Source: Nymphaea colorata | Taxonomy: Eukaryota | Assembly: GCF_008831285.2 (NCBI RefSeq) | Contig: NC_045138.2 | Span: 30,442,001-30,506,000, forward strand | Length of the DNA: 64,000 bases | Reading direction: 5' to 3' | Shown here: positions 25,546 through 37,496 of the stretch, piece after piece | Layout: each line of letters begins with the position of its first letter | How positions within the stretch are numbered: position 1 is the stretch's first letter | The notes under the pieces: generated by a model | Told to the model about the DNA's origin: nothing | The model's database searches: none | Seen by the model: only the letters and a program-made list of their open reading frames with translations | Position numbers and translations under genes: made by a program

Positions 25546-28500
25546 TTATTTATAACTCATGCCATCGCTCCTGGCAGTTACCATGGAATTTGTTTTTTCA
25601 CTCTCTTCTGCATTGTCTACTGTAGCACTAGATCTTTGTGGTCGATGTCCGGCATTTGAGATTCTGCTGTTACTCATAAATACTCCTTCCTGTTGTCAAG
25701 ATCAGAGAAAAGCACAGTTGCCTGTTAAATTCATCTTACTTTATAGTTTATACCATTTATCTAAATGTAAGTCCAAATACTTCTCCTATTTTTAGCATTC
25801 TTTTGCTAAAGAACAATAAAGAAGCAGATTATTTGCTATTAGTCATCTGACATAGTTTAGACCATCAGTCTGAGTATCAATTTAATATTTGATTAAGCAT
25901 TGTATTGGATGTTCTTGTGCCGCTCTCAGTGTTCAGTGGCCTGATCAAGAAAGTTCAAGGAACAGTCGTCAATATTTTCAAAGTTTTGAAGGTATCCTGA
26001 TTGAATCAGTATTTTTAGTGTCAACAGATGATATCAGCAAAAGATCACTATATTTTGAGCTATCCTCGGAAAATGTATATTTTGATAACATGATGATATA
26101 TCATGGTATTTTTCCAAATCTCTTCAGCAAAAAACCTCTCTCTATATGCTTCAGATACATGTTTTAGTTTTTTATTATTTCTTTAGATTTTAAAAAAATT
26201 AAGGGCCGATTATTTATTGCTAAAAAATTAAAGAGACTGATATTAGTTTCTACTGTTCAAAGGAAGGTGAAAAATGCCTAGAGTGGGGAATGGAAGCTGA
26301 AGTACTTGCAATCACACGTAGAGCTTGTCTTACCGAAACGTGAGAATGAGGTCCCATGTAGAGTCCAGGAGTGAAACCGATACTTGAATTTCCCAAATCT
26401 TTCAGTCTATTGAGTTCTGGCAAAACCACTGTTGCAAGATCTGGTCTGTCCTTTCTCCTCAGCTCAGCACACCTTAGTGCCAATTTTGCAAATATGAGAG
26501 CTTCTTCCACAGGCCAATCTGGAACTGTGGGATCCAACATCTCCTTAAAAGCCCCTCTCTCTATTGACCTCTCAACATGGTGAGTGAGACCCATTGGAGG
26601 CTTTGCTGTTATAATCTGCAGTAGCATAATTCCAAGAGAGTACATGTCAGATTTGATACCTAACATTCCTGTTTGTTGGTACTCTGGATCAATGTAGCAG
26701 AAAGTTCCTGCAGTGGAAGTCATCCTGTACTGAGTGACTGTATCTGCCACAGAGGGTGGGACAAGCCGGGCAAGGCCAACATCACTGATTTTGCTTACAT
26801 AGTTCCGATCAAGTAAAATGTTTGCTGGCTTGAGGTCTCTGTGGACAAGAGGCTCTGGCTTTGTTTGGTGGAGGAAAAGTAAGCCTGTTGCTATTTCTGC
26901 TGCTATCTTGAAGCGAAGTTGCCACGGTAGACTCGGCGTGTTTCCTCTTCTGAACAGCCGGTCATCTAAGCTTCCTCTTTCCATAAATTCATATACCAGG
27001 CAGCCATATTCTGGGCAGGCTCCAAGAAGTAACACCATGTTTGGATGTCTGATGCAGCTCAAGACCTCCACCTGTAGAAGTTCAAAAGAGGATAGGTGAT
27101 ATTAGTAAGGCTTGTTTATGCGAGTAGTTGTTTTGTAGTTCATGTTGATCAGGATGCAAAAAATGAACATCGAAAGCAGAGATGTAAATATGGAGGACCT
27201 TTCAGAAATAAAGCGATCAACGGTAAAAGACACATACAATGTTCACTTATTGCTAAACTACTTATTGCTAAACTAATATAGATAATCGTAAAACTAATAT
27301 AGATTGTTGTAAAACAAATGCAGATCATTGTCAAACTGATAACAAAATTGCCTCAATAAAGAAAGCACATTTTGTTGGTGTTCTATTTCCAGATAATCAC
27401 ACGCATTTCCCTCATTCATTAGGTACCCATGCAAAACGCCTTCCCATCAAGCATTCTCAAACTGATAATGCTTAAAATGGAGGTTCTTTTCTTTTTCCTT
27501 TTTTTTTTTGCTAGTGTGCAGAACTGGTAGTGCTTAAGAGTAGTTTTTTTCTATACCTCCTGCTGAAATTGCATCCTTCCTTGGGCTGCATCAGGCCTTA
27601 GAACTTTGATGGCCACTGCAGTGTGGTCCAAAGTAGCTTTGTATACAGGTCCATATCCACCTTCTCCAATTTTGAGCGATTCAGAGAAGAATTCTGTGGC
27701 AGCTTCAATCTCTTGTATGTTATACTTTCGATACCTTACTTCTGAATTTGCCAATGCATCCAGTACCTTTTTCTTTTCTTCTGCTTCCTTCTTGGCTTTC
27801 ATCTCTGCATTCATCCTCTTCTGTGCTTCGATCTCAGCAAGCCTCCTTGCAGCCTCTGCAGCTTCTATGGCTGCCTTGCTCTTTGCCTTCTCCATTTCTG
27901 CAATGGCCAATGCCGCTTCTCCTGCCAGCTTTGCCTCCTCCAGTTTGCGAGCTTCTTCTATTTGCCATTGGTGAAGCTCCTTTGCCTGTGGCCATCCATG
28001 TGGTTTCGTCAAACTATTTTCATGTGACACATACAGACACACAGACATACCTTTTGCTTCGCAGTGAGTGCTTCTTTGCATGCATTGCTGTACATTTCCA
28101 TTGTCTGCTTCAGTTCCAGTCTTAATCTTTTCATTTCAGCCTCCATGTCTCTCTATATATCATTCAACAAAAAAAAACGCTGTATCAAGTAGATATTCAT
28201 AAAATTTCTATCCTTATAATAATGGTCGTACATCCCCGCAAAACAAGAAGGTACAGATACACACAAAATGCCTAGCAACATCCTTTCTTCTTGCCGTCTA
28301 CATGTAAACTCTACTATTCTTATTACTTAGTCAAGCCTTATTTAAGTTTGGTCCCTTAAAAAAATGCAGAAGTATATCGTAACACTTTACAGAAGCCATG
28401 AACTAATTTGAGAGCAAGGATTTACAAAAATGTTTGACGTGCAAGAGTAAACAATTGAAAGACAAAGTCGGCTAATATATAAGACAATGTTCACCTTTTA

Positions 28501-30680
28501 ATGCTCAGTTTGGTTTTTGTTGTTTCATATGAAATTTTATAGACAAGAGTGATTGGGATACTTACAGTTGAATTAGCAGATTTCTTTGGGCTATCATCCA
28601 AGGAAGAGGCCATCTCAAAGCCATCTGAACCAAAATCCACGGAACGTGATCCATGGGAGCTGGGAAAATCGTTTCCATTGGAAATGTAGGTGAAGTCCGA
28701 AGGAAAGCCGTCTGTACTTAAAGGGAGGTTGGGAATGGCCCTACAGAACGCGTCTGTGTTCTCGCCGTATCTCGGTGAGCCCCTGCGTTCTTCATGTGGA
28801 CTCTGAATTGTGCCCTTTCCACCCATGGCTGCCATCTTGTCAAAGGAAGCACCTGGCCCACCCTGTATGCCCGGCAGACTTGGTTTACATCCGCGTGTCA
28901 AGGTACTCCTGAAAATGAGTAAGAAGCATTTCATGTACACATATCACAATGCAGCATATACAGATGCAGTCACAAATATCATATGTAACACACTGGCATT
29001 TGTGCATGTTTCATATGATTGGTCTACCATTTCCATGCACCAAAGTTGAACCCAGAACATACTGATCATTCATGAACTTAATTCTCATGAATTTGCACCA
29101 TTCATTTTCTTTTGCATTCCCACATAAGTTGAATTCTTTATGTATTAAAGATAAGTAAACCTACCAGCGCAGCAATCAAATCATTGTAAGATATGATGCC
29201 CAACTTCTTGCAAACAAAAGGTGTGGCAGTCTCTCAAAAATCAAATTTATGACAATTTAAATAGAATTTTCTCTTTCATCATTAAATGTTCTCGATTTTG
29301 GATAACGTATCAATCTTCCTATTAAGTTAAGGAAGTCTAAATTGTTCCTGAAAACATGTGTGGCATTGAGACAAGGTGATATACTTACCCTAAACAGTTG
29401 ATTCAATCAGTAGCGAAACTAAACATGTTGGGCTGAGAGGCAAACTGATTCAAAAAAATTTAGAACTTTAGGGGCATCAATATTTATAAATGTGCAAATA
29501 ATTGAAAGTACCAATACGAAAGTACAGAAATTTTATGGGACCATGTAGGCAACTGCCCGCACAAACCCACATGTGGTTCTGCCACTGGATTCAATCATAC
29601 AACCTTTTCCTCTCCTCCCATGCATCAAGTCTCATAGTTTATCATTCTAATGAAGCTGCAAATGGATCAGCCATGGAGAAGCCATTCACATTAGAAGTTG
29701 GAAGATGAGCCTAGTTCGGATTTTGGTACAGCGTAAAAATGAGAAAAGAGCCAGATAATCAAGCCCTACCCATTTGGAGGCTTTACTCCATTACAATAAA
29801 ACTTAGGATGAAAAGACAAATAGCCTTACCTCATCATCCCGTTGGTGGTAACCTGATCAGAGGTTTCATGGCTTTGATGCGGCGAGCCAATTGGAGGCTT
29901 GAGGGGAGCCGGCAAAGGGGGCTGGGGCCTGGCCACAGGAGCTTGTTTTTGAGGGACGGGGGGCGCGGGCCTTGTGGACGGCCTGACATGTGGAGTCTTG
30001 CCCTTAGCTATCACATACACGGTGCAGAACTCCGGCGCACCTCTTGAGACGCTGCTGGGCACATCCAGCTGCCTGAATTTCCTGTAATATGATGCCACCA
30101 CGACTTATGTTAGCAAAATGAGGATACTAGGTGAGTGAGAATTGTGGAAGACTGTTAGGCTGATGAGTTACCTTGAGAGCGCGTTCCTTGAAGATGCACC
30201 AAGCACAATACTAGTGATACTGTTGGCCGTGATGAAATCAATGAGCGCCCTAGCCACGTCCACATCCTCAAGAACAACCTCTTTCACATTGACCTGCATC
30301 CATGTGGTTAAAATATATCGCATTTCATGCAAAGAGCCGAGAAAAGTAAGAGATGATGTGGTAATTGAAGTCACAGTATTTAATGAGAACCTATGCTTGC
30401 ATTTAACGGGTTGTCTTTTTGCTAAAGGCATGATCTTACTACAGTTCTGTTCCCGTCTAATAAATTTTGACTCGTTGATAGAGTAAATTTTCATTAAGTA
30501 TCCAAAGCAATTTAAGTGTGTGTATATATATATGTATCGAGAGAGAGAGAGAGTACGTGTTTCCTAGCACAGAATCCGCGGAATGGGAGAAAGAGGTGTG
30601 TCTTTTCAATCTCAAGCTGTTCTTGAATGGAAGCCTGGCATCCATCGCTAATGCTGAAGCCACCTGCACAACAATTTTCT

Positions 30681-30720
<40 letters not shown>

Positions 30721-31336
30721 TGGCTTCCTCGGTTTGAGAACGCAGGTAGGAGACGTGATATTCAATTCAACATGAGCTGCATTTAAGCAGCCGCAACTTC
30801 ATATATAGACAGTCTTTTCAAAATCCTTTAAACATTTTATCCTAAGATTTTTCAAATTCCTATATAATGCCGCCAGAAATTTAAGATTATTAGACAACTT
30901 CATGCTTTTTACATACATTATCCATAGTGTTACACATTTCAGACGTAACACTGCAAGATCTTTTCGAAAATAACCCGTGACTCAATTTTTTCTCTTTTTC
31001 AAAAGATCTTTGACTAATGATCAGTAATCCTCATAATGGTAGTGACAACATGAATTGGAACATGGAATTAGCATATACAAATAGAAATTACGAAATAAAA
31101 TCCTGATAATCGACTACAGAGATGATTCTGAAAGAGAGAAAATTACTTTGGACAGGTCCAGCTTTGTTCCTGACATGAACCAAGAGGATGTTGGGCATGC
31201 CAATGAGGAGCTTGTCGACTGCCCACTTGACCGCAAACTGGCTACCTTTGTCCCTGTCAATGGCCACCGCCATTTTTGGCAATGATCCGTCCTCCCATTC
31301 CTCATTGCTCTGTTCCCCATACTGCTGCTGCATCAT
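25546..31336 (-). CDS. USP (adenine nucleotide alpha-hydrolase-like) domain + coiled-coil + Ser/Thr protein kinase, PUB35/PUB52-like, about 813 aa, no U-box visible
   Basis: Phase-consistent GT-AG exons: 31336-31147, 30678-30557, 30293-30172, 30081-29830, 28908-28566, 28152-28051, 27985-27557, 27071-26334, 25689-25546. Motifs: VAIDRDKGSQFAVKWA, LFLPFRGFCARK, IVLGASSRN, APEFCTVYVIAKGK, MEAEMKRLRLELKQTM, IGEGGYGPVY, VAIK, HRDLKPAN, DVG, GTFCYIDPEY. The last exon is less certain because exon 8 can also read through to a stop at 26250. Confidence 0.92.
29408..29587. mobile_element. hAT-type MITE (CAGTGGCGGAGCCA family) in intron 4 of the kinase gene
   Basis: Ends CAGTAGCGAAACTA / TGGTTCTGCCACTG. 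Perfect 8-bp TSD GATTCAAT at 29400-29407 and 29588-29595. Confidence 0.8.
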
Positions 31337-31396
31337 CCCTCTCTTTTCCTTTCTCCTCCGTCAATTGGTAGGATCAAATTCTCTCTCTCTCTAGAA

Positions 31397-31428
<32 letters not shown>

Positions 31429-32444
31429 GGAGGGAGAGGGAGAGGGAGAGGGAGAGACGACCAAATTCTCTCTCTCTACCCCCTTTCTCTTCCAGACACA
31501 GAGAGAGAAAGAGGGAGATGCTTAGGAAGAGGAGAGCTGCATTACGTTGGGTTGGCAAATACTGTACGTTGTAAAGTCTGTTTTGTTTGTTACATGGCTG
31601 TCCGCTTTCTTTGGGGGAGTTGCCCAGTTGTCTCCCCTCCTCCTCTTGCTAACCATGCCCTCTTTCTATTTTTGTGCAATTACATGCTAAATTTCAACTT
31701 TTCATTTTTCTTGACATTCAATTATATGGATATGAGTGACATGGGTAGGTGCTTATAGATCTATGCTTGGATAAACGTTGACTACTAATATTTCATAAAC
31801 TTTAGATTTTTTGAATCTTGGATCTCTCTAGAAGTTAGAAAATTTAGTTTTCATTTTTATTTATGTAGATGGCATTAATGTAGTCATGATTTTGGAAATA
31901 GACTTCAAAAGATTGATTCAGGCATTAGAACTTACCTCGTAGCCCCTTCTCTTACTTGGTAATGTTTCTTTTTTTAGGAGATGGATATTCTCATGTTCTA
32001 TTTTCACATCTAGAATTGGAAGTTAGATTGACAATTCACAATGCGGGGCTGATTTCATCATAAACATTGTGTTTTTATAAAATCAGGATGTCTGTTGCTT
32101 GAAATACTTATAAATATTTGTCACATTGGAATGAACAATTAGAAAAGACTAATTAGGCATCTTAGAAACAACTACTACCATTAATATGGTACAGTCTTTG
32201 ACTTAATTTGCCATGTAAGTGGCTCTTATTCCATTTTCCTCATTCAATTTGCTCTTGAGACATGCATTATATTTTCCCTTCTTTCATAGTTGGTATCGCT
32301 CGGTGGTAGTAATTTCAATCTTCTTCGTTATCACAAGTCCTGAATATGTTAGATTCGAAGAGATTTGGATCCGAAACAGACCCGACCCATCGTTACTGTG
32401 TCCTGACCTCCATCAAGCAGCAGCTTGTCCGTTAAAACCCCACA

Positions 32445-32453
32445 AAACCCTAA
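32445..32453 (+). promoter_or_regulatory. Telo-box upstream of the LYAR-like gene
   Basis: AAACCCTAA lies about 65 nt before the ATG. Telo-boxes are typical of plant ribosome-biogenesis and translation genes. Confidence 0.55.
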
Positions 32454-32516
32454 CTTAACCCAACCTCGCCTTCCCTCATTTCTTCCCATCCCTCAGAGAG
32501 AAAGAGAGAGAGAGAG

Positions 32517-35282
32517 ATGGTGTGGTTCCAGTGTGAAGACTGTGGGGAAAACCTCAAGAAACCAAAGTTGCCCGGGCATTTCAGAATCTGCTCTGCTTCG
32601 AAGGTAAGGTGATGTCTTCCTTTGTTTCGTGAAGACTTCATTGTATCTTGTTCTACCACTCTTGGTTTGCATTCTCTTCCTTCATCTTTCGGCAGTTATA
32701 ACTATTTTGGGGAAAAAAGACAGAAGTTTGTTTTGGATATGTTGCTCTGCTTCTCATAGCGGACCACCAGCACGGTTAGATTGGGAAGTGGCTTGCAGTG
32801 ATTCCAAGTTTGTAAGAAATGTTTTTTTTTTTTGGAGTTGGATGAGGTTCATTGGTTGGCGAAGATGAGTTGATTTGAGCCTATACATTGATATGGAGAG
32901 ATGGGTGGATTTCCTGTATTAGTGTTGCTCATCTGGGGTCATCCATTTAGCACGTGAAATCAAAATCGGTGCGCTCTGACTGAGTTAGAGTTGGTTCGCT
33001 AGGATTTGTGGGGAAATTAGTTTTGTTAATCAATACGTCTTCTTGTCGACATTATTGATTCCAAATTCAGAGCAATACCTATCGTACCCTCTTCAAACTC
33101 CACTAATTCACCTGCCCGTACTTCATCAAGACCATGAAGTACGGTACCAGTGTTCACAATCTTTACTTCTCTATTATCTTGCTCAATCCATTCGCGGATA
33201 ATATTACTAATTTCTTCGGCTCAAATATTGTGTTTCTATCAATACTTAAATTTTGAACAAGCAAAATAAATTGATGTGTCTTGTGAAAATTTCGCTAGTC
33301 AAGTAAATGGGAATCTTTTTCATGCGTTTAATACCATTTTCCTTTCTATTGAGCGTTTGGTTATTTCCTGCAGCTTTCATGTATTGATTGTGGTACAACA
33401 TTCAACCAGCAAACTGTTCAAGGACATACACAGTGTGTTACGGAAATGGTATGTAATTGACCGTTTGTAATTTCCGTGTGGATTGATACTTTGATAGTAT
33501 GAAATATCTTTTCTCCACATGGTCTTCATGCTTTGGTCTTTTGGTACATACAACTGGAACTGTTCTTTCGATATGCTTGTGCAAAAAAGAAACACTGATC
33601 CACAAGATTTAGCATCTTTGGTGCCTCATGAAGATTTAGATGGTTGGTTGAACTACTATCTTTATGCAGGAGAAATATGGCCCAAAAACTCAAGCGAAAA
33701 CCCCTACTAGTTCACAAACGAAGACCAAGGCTGAACAGAAGCAAGATCTAGATTTTGATGTCAATGCTGGATTGTCCTCTCGCCCACCTTGGTTTTGCAG
33801 GTAAAAAGATGTGCAGCTGTCCCCAACTTGTGAGCTGATTATTTTTACCATCTCAGACAAGTCAGATTTTAGTAGATTTTGGACAAAAAAAATGTTAGAA
33901 ATGAAATTGAGAAATTGATAAGCAGTGTGAAGTTATCGTTGCTGCTGTTTTATTTTGTATCGACATATTGTCTTCAGATTTTGTGGGAACATGCCAACAT
34001 GGTTTTGATGATGCTTTCAGAGTCTGTTACCTAAAAATGCAAATAGTTATAGACAGAGCACAACTCAATGGTAATATTCATGTCAGAAAGTAAATGATCG
34101 TATATTTATCAACGATGTTATTGGAAAAGGCCAAGGTTTACTTTTTCCTTTTTTGATAGCTGTAGTGTGCCATTAGGGTTTGGCTATTGTAGGAATAACA
34201 TTGTTGGAATTACTGATGACTTTTTTGACAAATAATCAAGCAAGGAGTTAAATTGAGATTTTAGGTACAGTTCCATTACAGAAGGGCCGACAAAACGAGA
34301 TTCTATCTAGTTTTTGAGGTTAAACTTTTCTTTGGTGATATCTTATGTACTACTACTTGAAGAGGCTATGTTTCCTATTATTATTATTGTTGTTGTTGTT
34401 GTTTGTGTTGTTGTTATTTATTGTGATTATTATTTATAGGGGTTTCTATTCGCTTGTGACTGCTTTTGAGATGGAGAGGTGTTATTTCTTTTGCACGACC
34501 CCAGTAAACGGCCTAGCTGTATTTATCTTACAATGCATAATTAATTATAAAGAAGATGGAATTGCATGTTACCTACTTAACATCTGTATTTGATGGGATG
34601 ATAATCAGAAGTCACGGACAATGAGGTTTTAAAATGGAGGTTAGGTGAAACCATGAATAATTGACTTCCCATAGTGGTTAGAAAAATGGGAGATCAATTG
34701 TCAAATTCTGCATATTGCTATGATGCATTACTAAAACACATATTGGATGAAAACAACAATAACATGAAAAATTGGATGTTGGATCTTATCAGTGAATAGC
34801 TTCTGAATTTTTTGGAGTATCATAAGCTCGTTAATATATAGAAACCAGTTATTGACAGTAACTATTCCCTTATGTATGCTTTTGAGATGAGGGGTGATGT
34901 TTCCTTTGCCCATTCCCGGTGAATGGCTAGGGAGGTTGTATGATATGTTTCATGGACAGTTCAAAGAACATGAAGTGTCGGTATCAGGCCATTTTTGGAA
35001 TATGAAGTATTCAATAAAAGGCACATGTGTCAAATGCTTCTGTGATATACTTTCCATTACTATTGCAGTTCCATGCATAGTGTTTGCCAAATGCATCAAA
35101 GAACATGAAGAATCAAATGCTTCTCTGATTTTTTTGGGTATGTACATTTACTTATAATTAACATCAACATGCTTCATGTAATTTTGTAAGTCATCAAGGA
35201 TCATGTATGCATTTTGTATGTTTCAAATTAGCATTTTGTTATTTTTGCTTGTAGAATTTGTTATTTCTCTTTTCTCTATAAT

Positions 35283-35318
<36 letters not shown>

Positions 35319-37496
35319 GTATGTATGTGTATATCTCTGTGTATGTGTGTGTGTGGCTGCATAATACATAACTAATTATATAAAATGGAATTGCATGATT
35401 ACTGACTTAACACCTGTCTCTCATGGGATGATAATCGGAAGTGAAGAAAGTCAGGTTTTGAAATGGAGGGTGGATGAAATATTTGAACTTTCCATAGTGG
35501 TTAAGAAAATGGGTATCAAGTACCAAATTCTGCAAATGCTACAGTTCATGACTAAAATACATATTGGATTATAACAATGTTGACATAACAATTTGGATGT
35601 TGGTCTACCAGTGAATAATTGCTGAATTTTTTGCAGAATCATAAATTTGTTAATACACAGGAACCCAATTACGCGCAATAGTAACTATTCTATCTACAAA
35701 ATATTATTTCTTTAGTTATTGGTAGTAATTAGTTGTTGAACCTTTTACATGTCTCAAACTCCTGCTGTTCAGACAACTGCAACCGAATGCGTGCAGGTTG
35801 GGCAGATAATGTCTAGTCAGCCCTAGATTTTTCTCTTAGTTTGGCTTTATTGCTTGAATCTATTATGGCTTTATGCATGTTTTGCAAGTTTCATAGGATT
35901 TGTTCTAAACATTTGCCAAGTGTTTGCTGCTGATATGTGTTCCATATGCTCCAGCCTATGCAATACGCAGGTAACAAGTAAGCAGACATTATTGAGCCAT
36001 GCCGAGGGAAAGAAGCACAAGGCAAAAGCACGAGCCTTCCATTATGCAAACAAACCTCCTAATGAAAGTCAATCAACTCTAAGTGAGAAGAGTTGTGCTA
36101 ATGGGCATGCAGAAGTGGCTAATGGCCTGGAGAAAGTTGATCATCCAAAATCTGCTGCTACTCCAGAAAAGGATATGGAAAATCCACCTGAAAGGCATAA
36201 AAGAAAACTGGAACCAGAAAATGGTGCTCCAGAAACTAAAGATGGACAGGAATCAGACCTGAAACCTGATAATGCAACTGTGGAAGAGATCCTGAAGAAA
36301 AGAAAAAGTTCAGATGCTAATGTGTTAAATAAGGAGCACAATGATAAGATGAGTAATCTTGAAAATGGACAAAACCTGCATATTAAGTGGAAGAAGTTGA
36401 TTCGGACAATCTTGAAGCAGGTATTCTTACTACTTTTTGCTTTTTTCAGATTGTCTCCTATTTTTTATAGCATGTCCCAACATAGGAACAAATAGATGAC
36501 CAAAAAAACCTACTTTGTCAAACTTTTTGAGGTTATAATTTGTTGTTAAGGGAGCAGCTATTATTTTGATGTTGGCAAGATATACGTTTATGAATACCAC
36601 TTGACCTGTCAGCAGCACCATACAACATGCTGCATGGGGAGAGATGCTGATTAATCATTATTTCATTCTAGATCTTGTTAGCAATTTCATTGGTGGAGTT
36701 CATTATTCTCCAGGCACTTGTGGCTTTGAGTTTGAAGCAGAAACATGCTTATTTTGTGTCAAATTATCTAGTATATGCCATACTGGGTAGCATTATGATC
36801 TGCCATTGAGTTCTTTAATTGCAAAGCTGGTTTATTTAACCGTTGAAGTTAGTATGGAATTGATCAATGTTATCTGGCCATACTATCAAGTGGTCACTGG
36901 TTAATTAGGTTGCCAGTGCCATGATTTTTGGTGGGACTCTTTTGGCTATGTGACCCAGTTTTCCATGGTAACTTTAGTACTTGTCTATGTGTGGTCCTGA
37001 AGCAAGGCAGTTGCTATCAGAGATTACCCTTTCGAGTCCTCAGTTAGCCTGCAGATACTGTTGGAAACGTTATGTGATTGGATCACCATAATATGAGAAT
37101 GACAGGAGATTCCTCATAAGTTGTCTGTTTTTGATGTGGACTGACGTGATTATCTCTAGTGTTCATTTGTTGCATGAATATTCTTCAAGTAATGTTTTGA
37201 TCAGTCTGGCAGTTAATTTCAGAGTCCCAATGGAGCCCTCAAACTGAAGAAGCTGCAAAAGCTTGTCATCAAATCGCTTGAAGCTTCTGGGGTTGCAAAT
37301 GATGACAAGGGCCATCTCAAAAGCTTGATGCTGGATAAGGTGAGGTTTTTCAAGTATAACATTTTCCTGTTTTTTTTCTTCAGTTTTGCATGTTTGGTGA
37401 GAATGTTTACGAGTCAGATGTTGTTTGCAGATCAGTTCTAGTTCCCACTTTGAGCTCAATGGGAAGTTGGTTCATTTGGTGCCGAAATGTAGTTGA
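32517..37496 (+). CDS. LYAR-type C2HC zinc-finger / cell growth-regulating nucleolar protein with an additional U1-type zinc finger, about 313 aa
   Basis: Phase-consistent exons: 32517-32603, 33374-33448, 33670-33800, 35955-36420, 37223-37339, 37431-37496. Motifs: [29 protein letters not shown]...[23 protein letters not shown]...[14 protein letters not shown]...LKLKKL. Confidence 0.93.
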
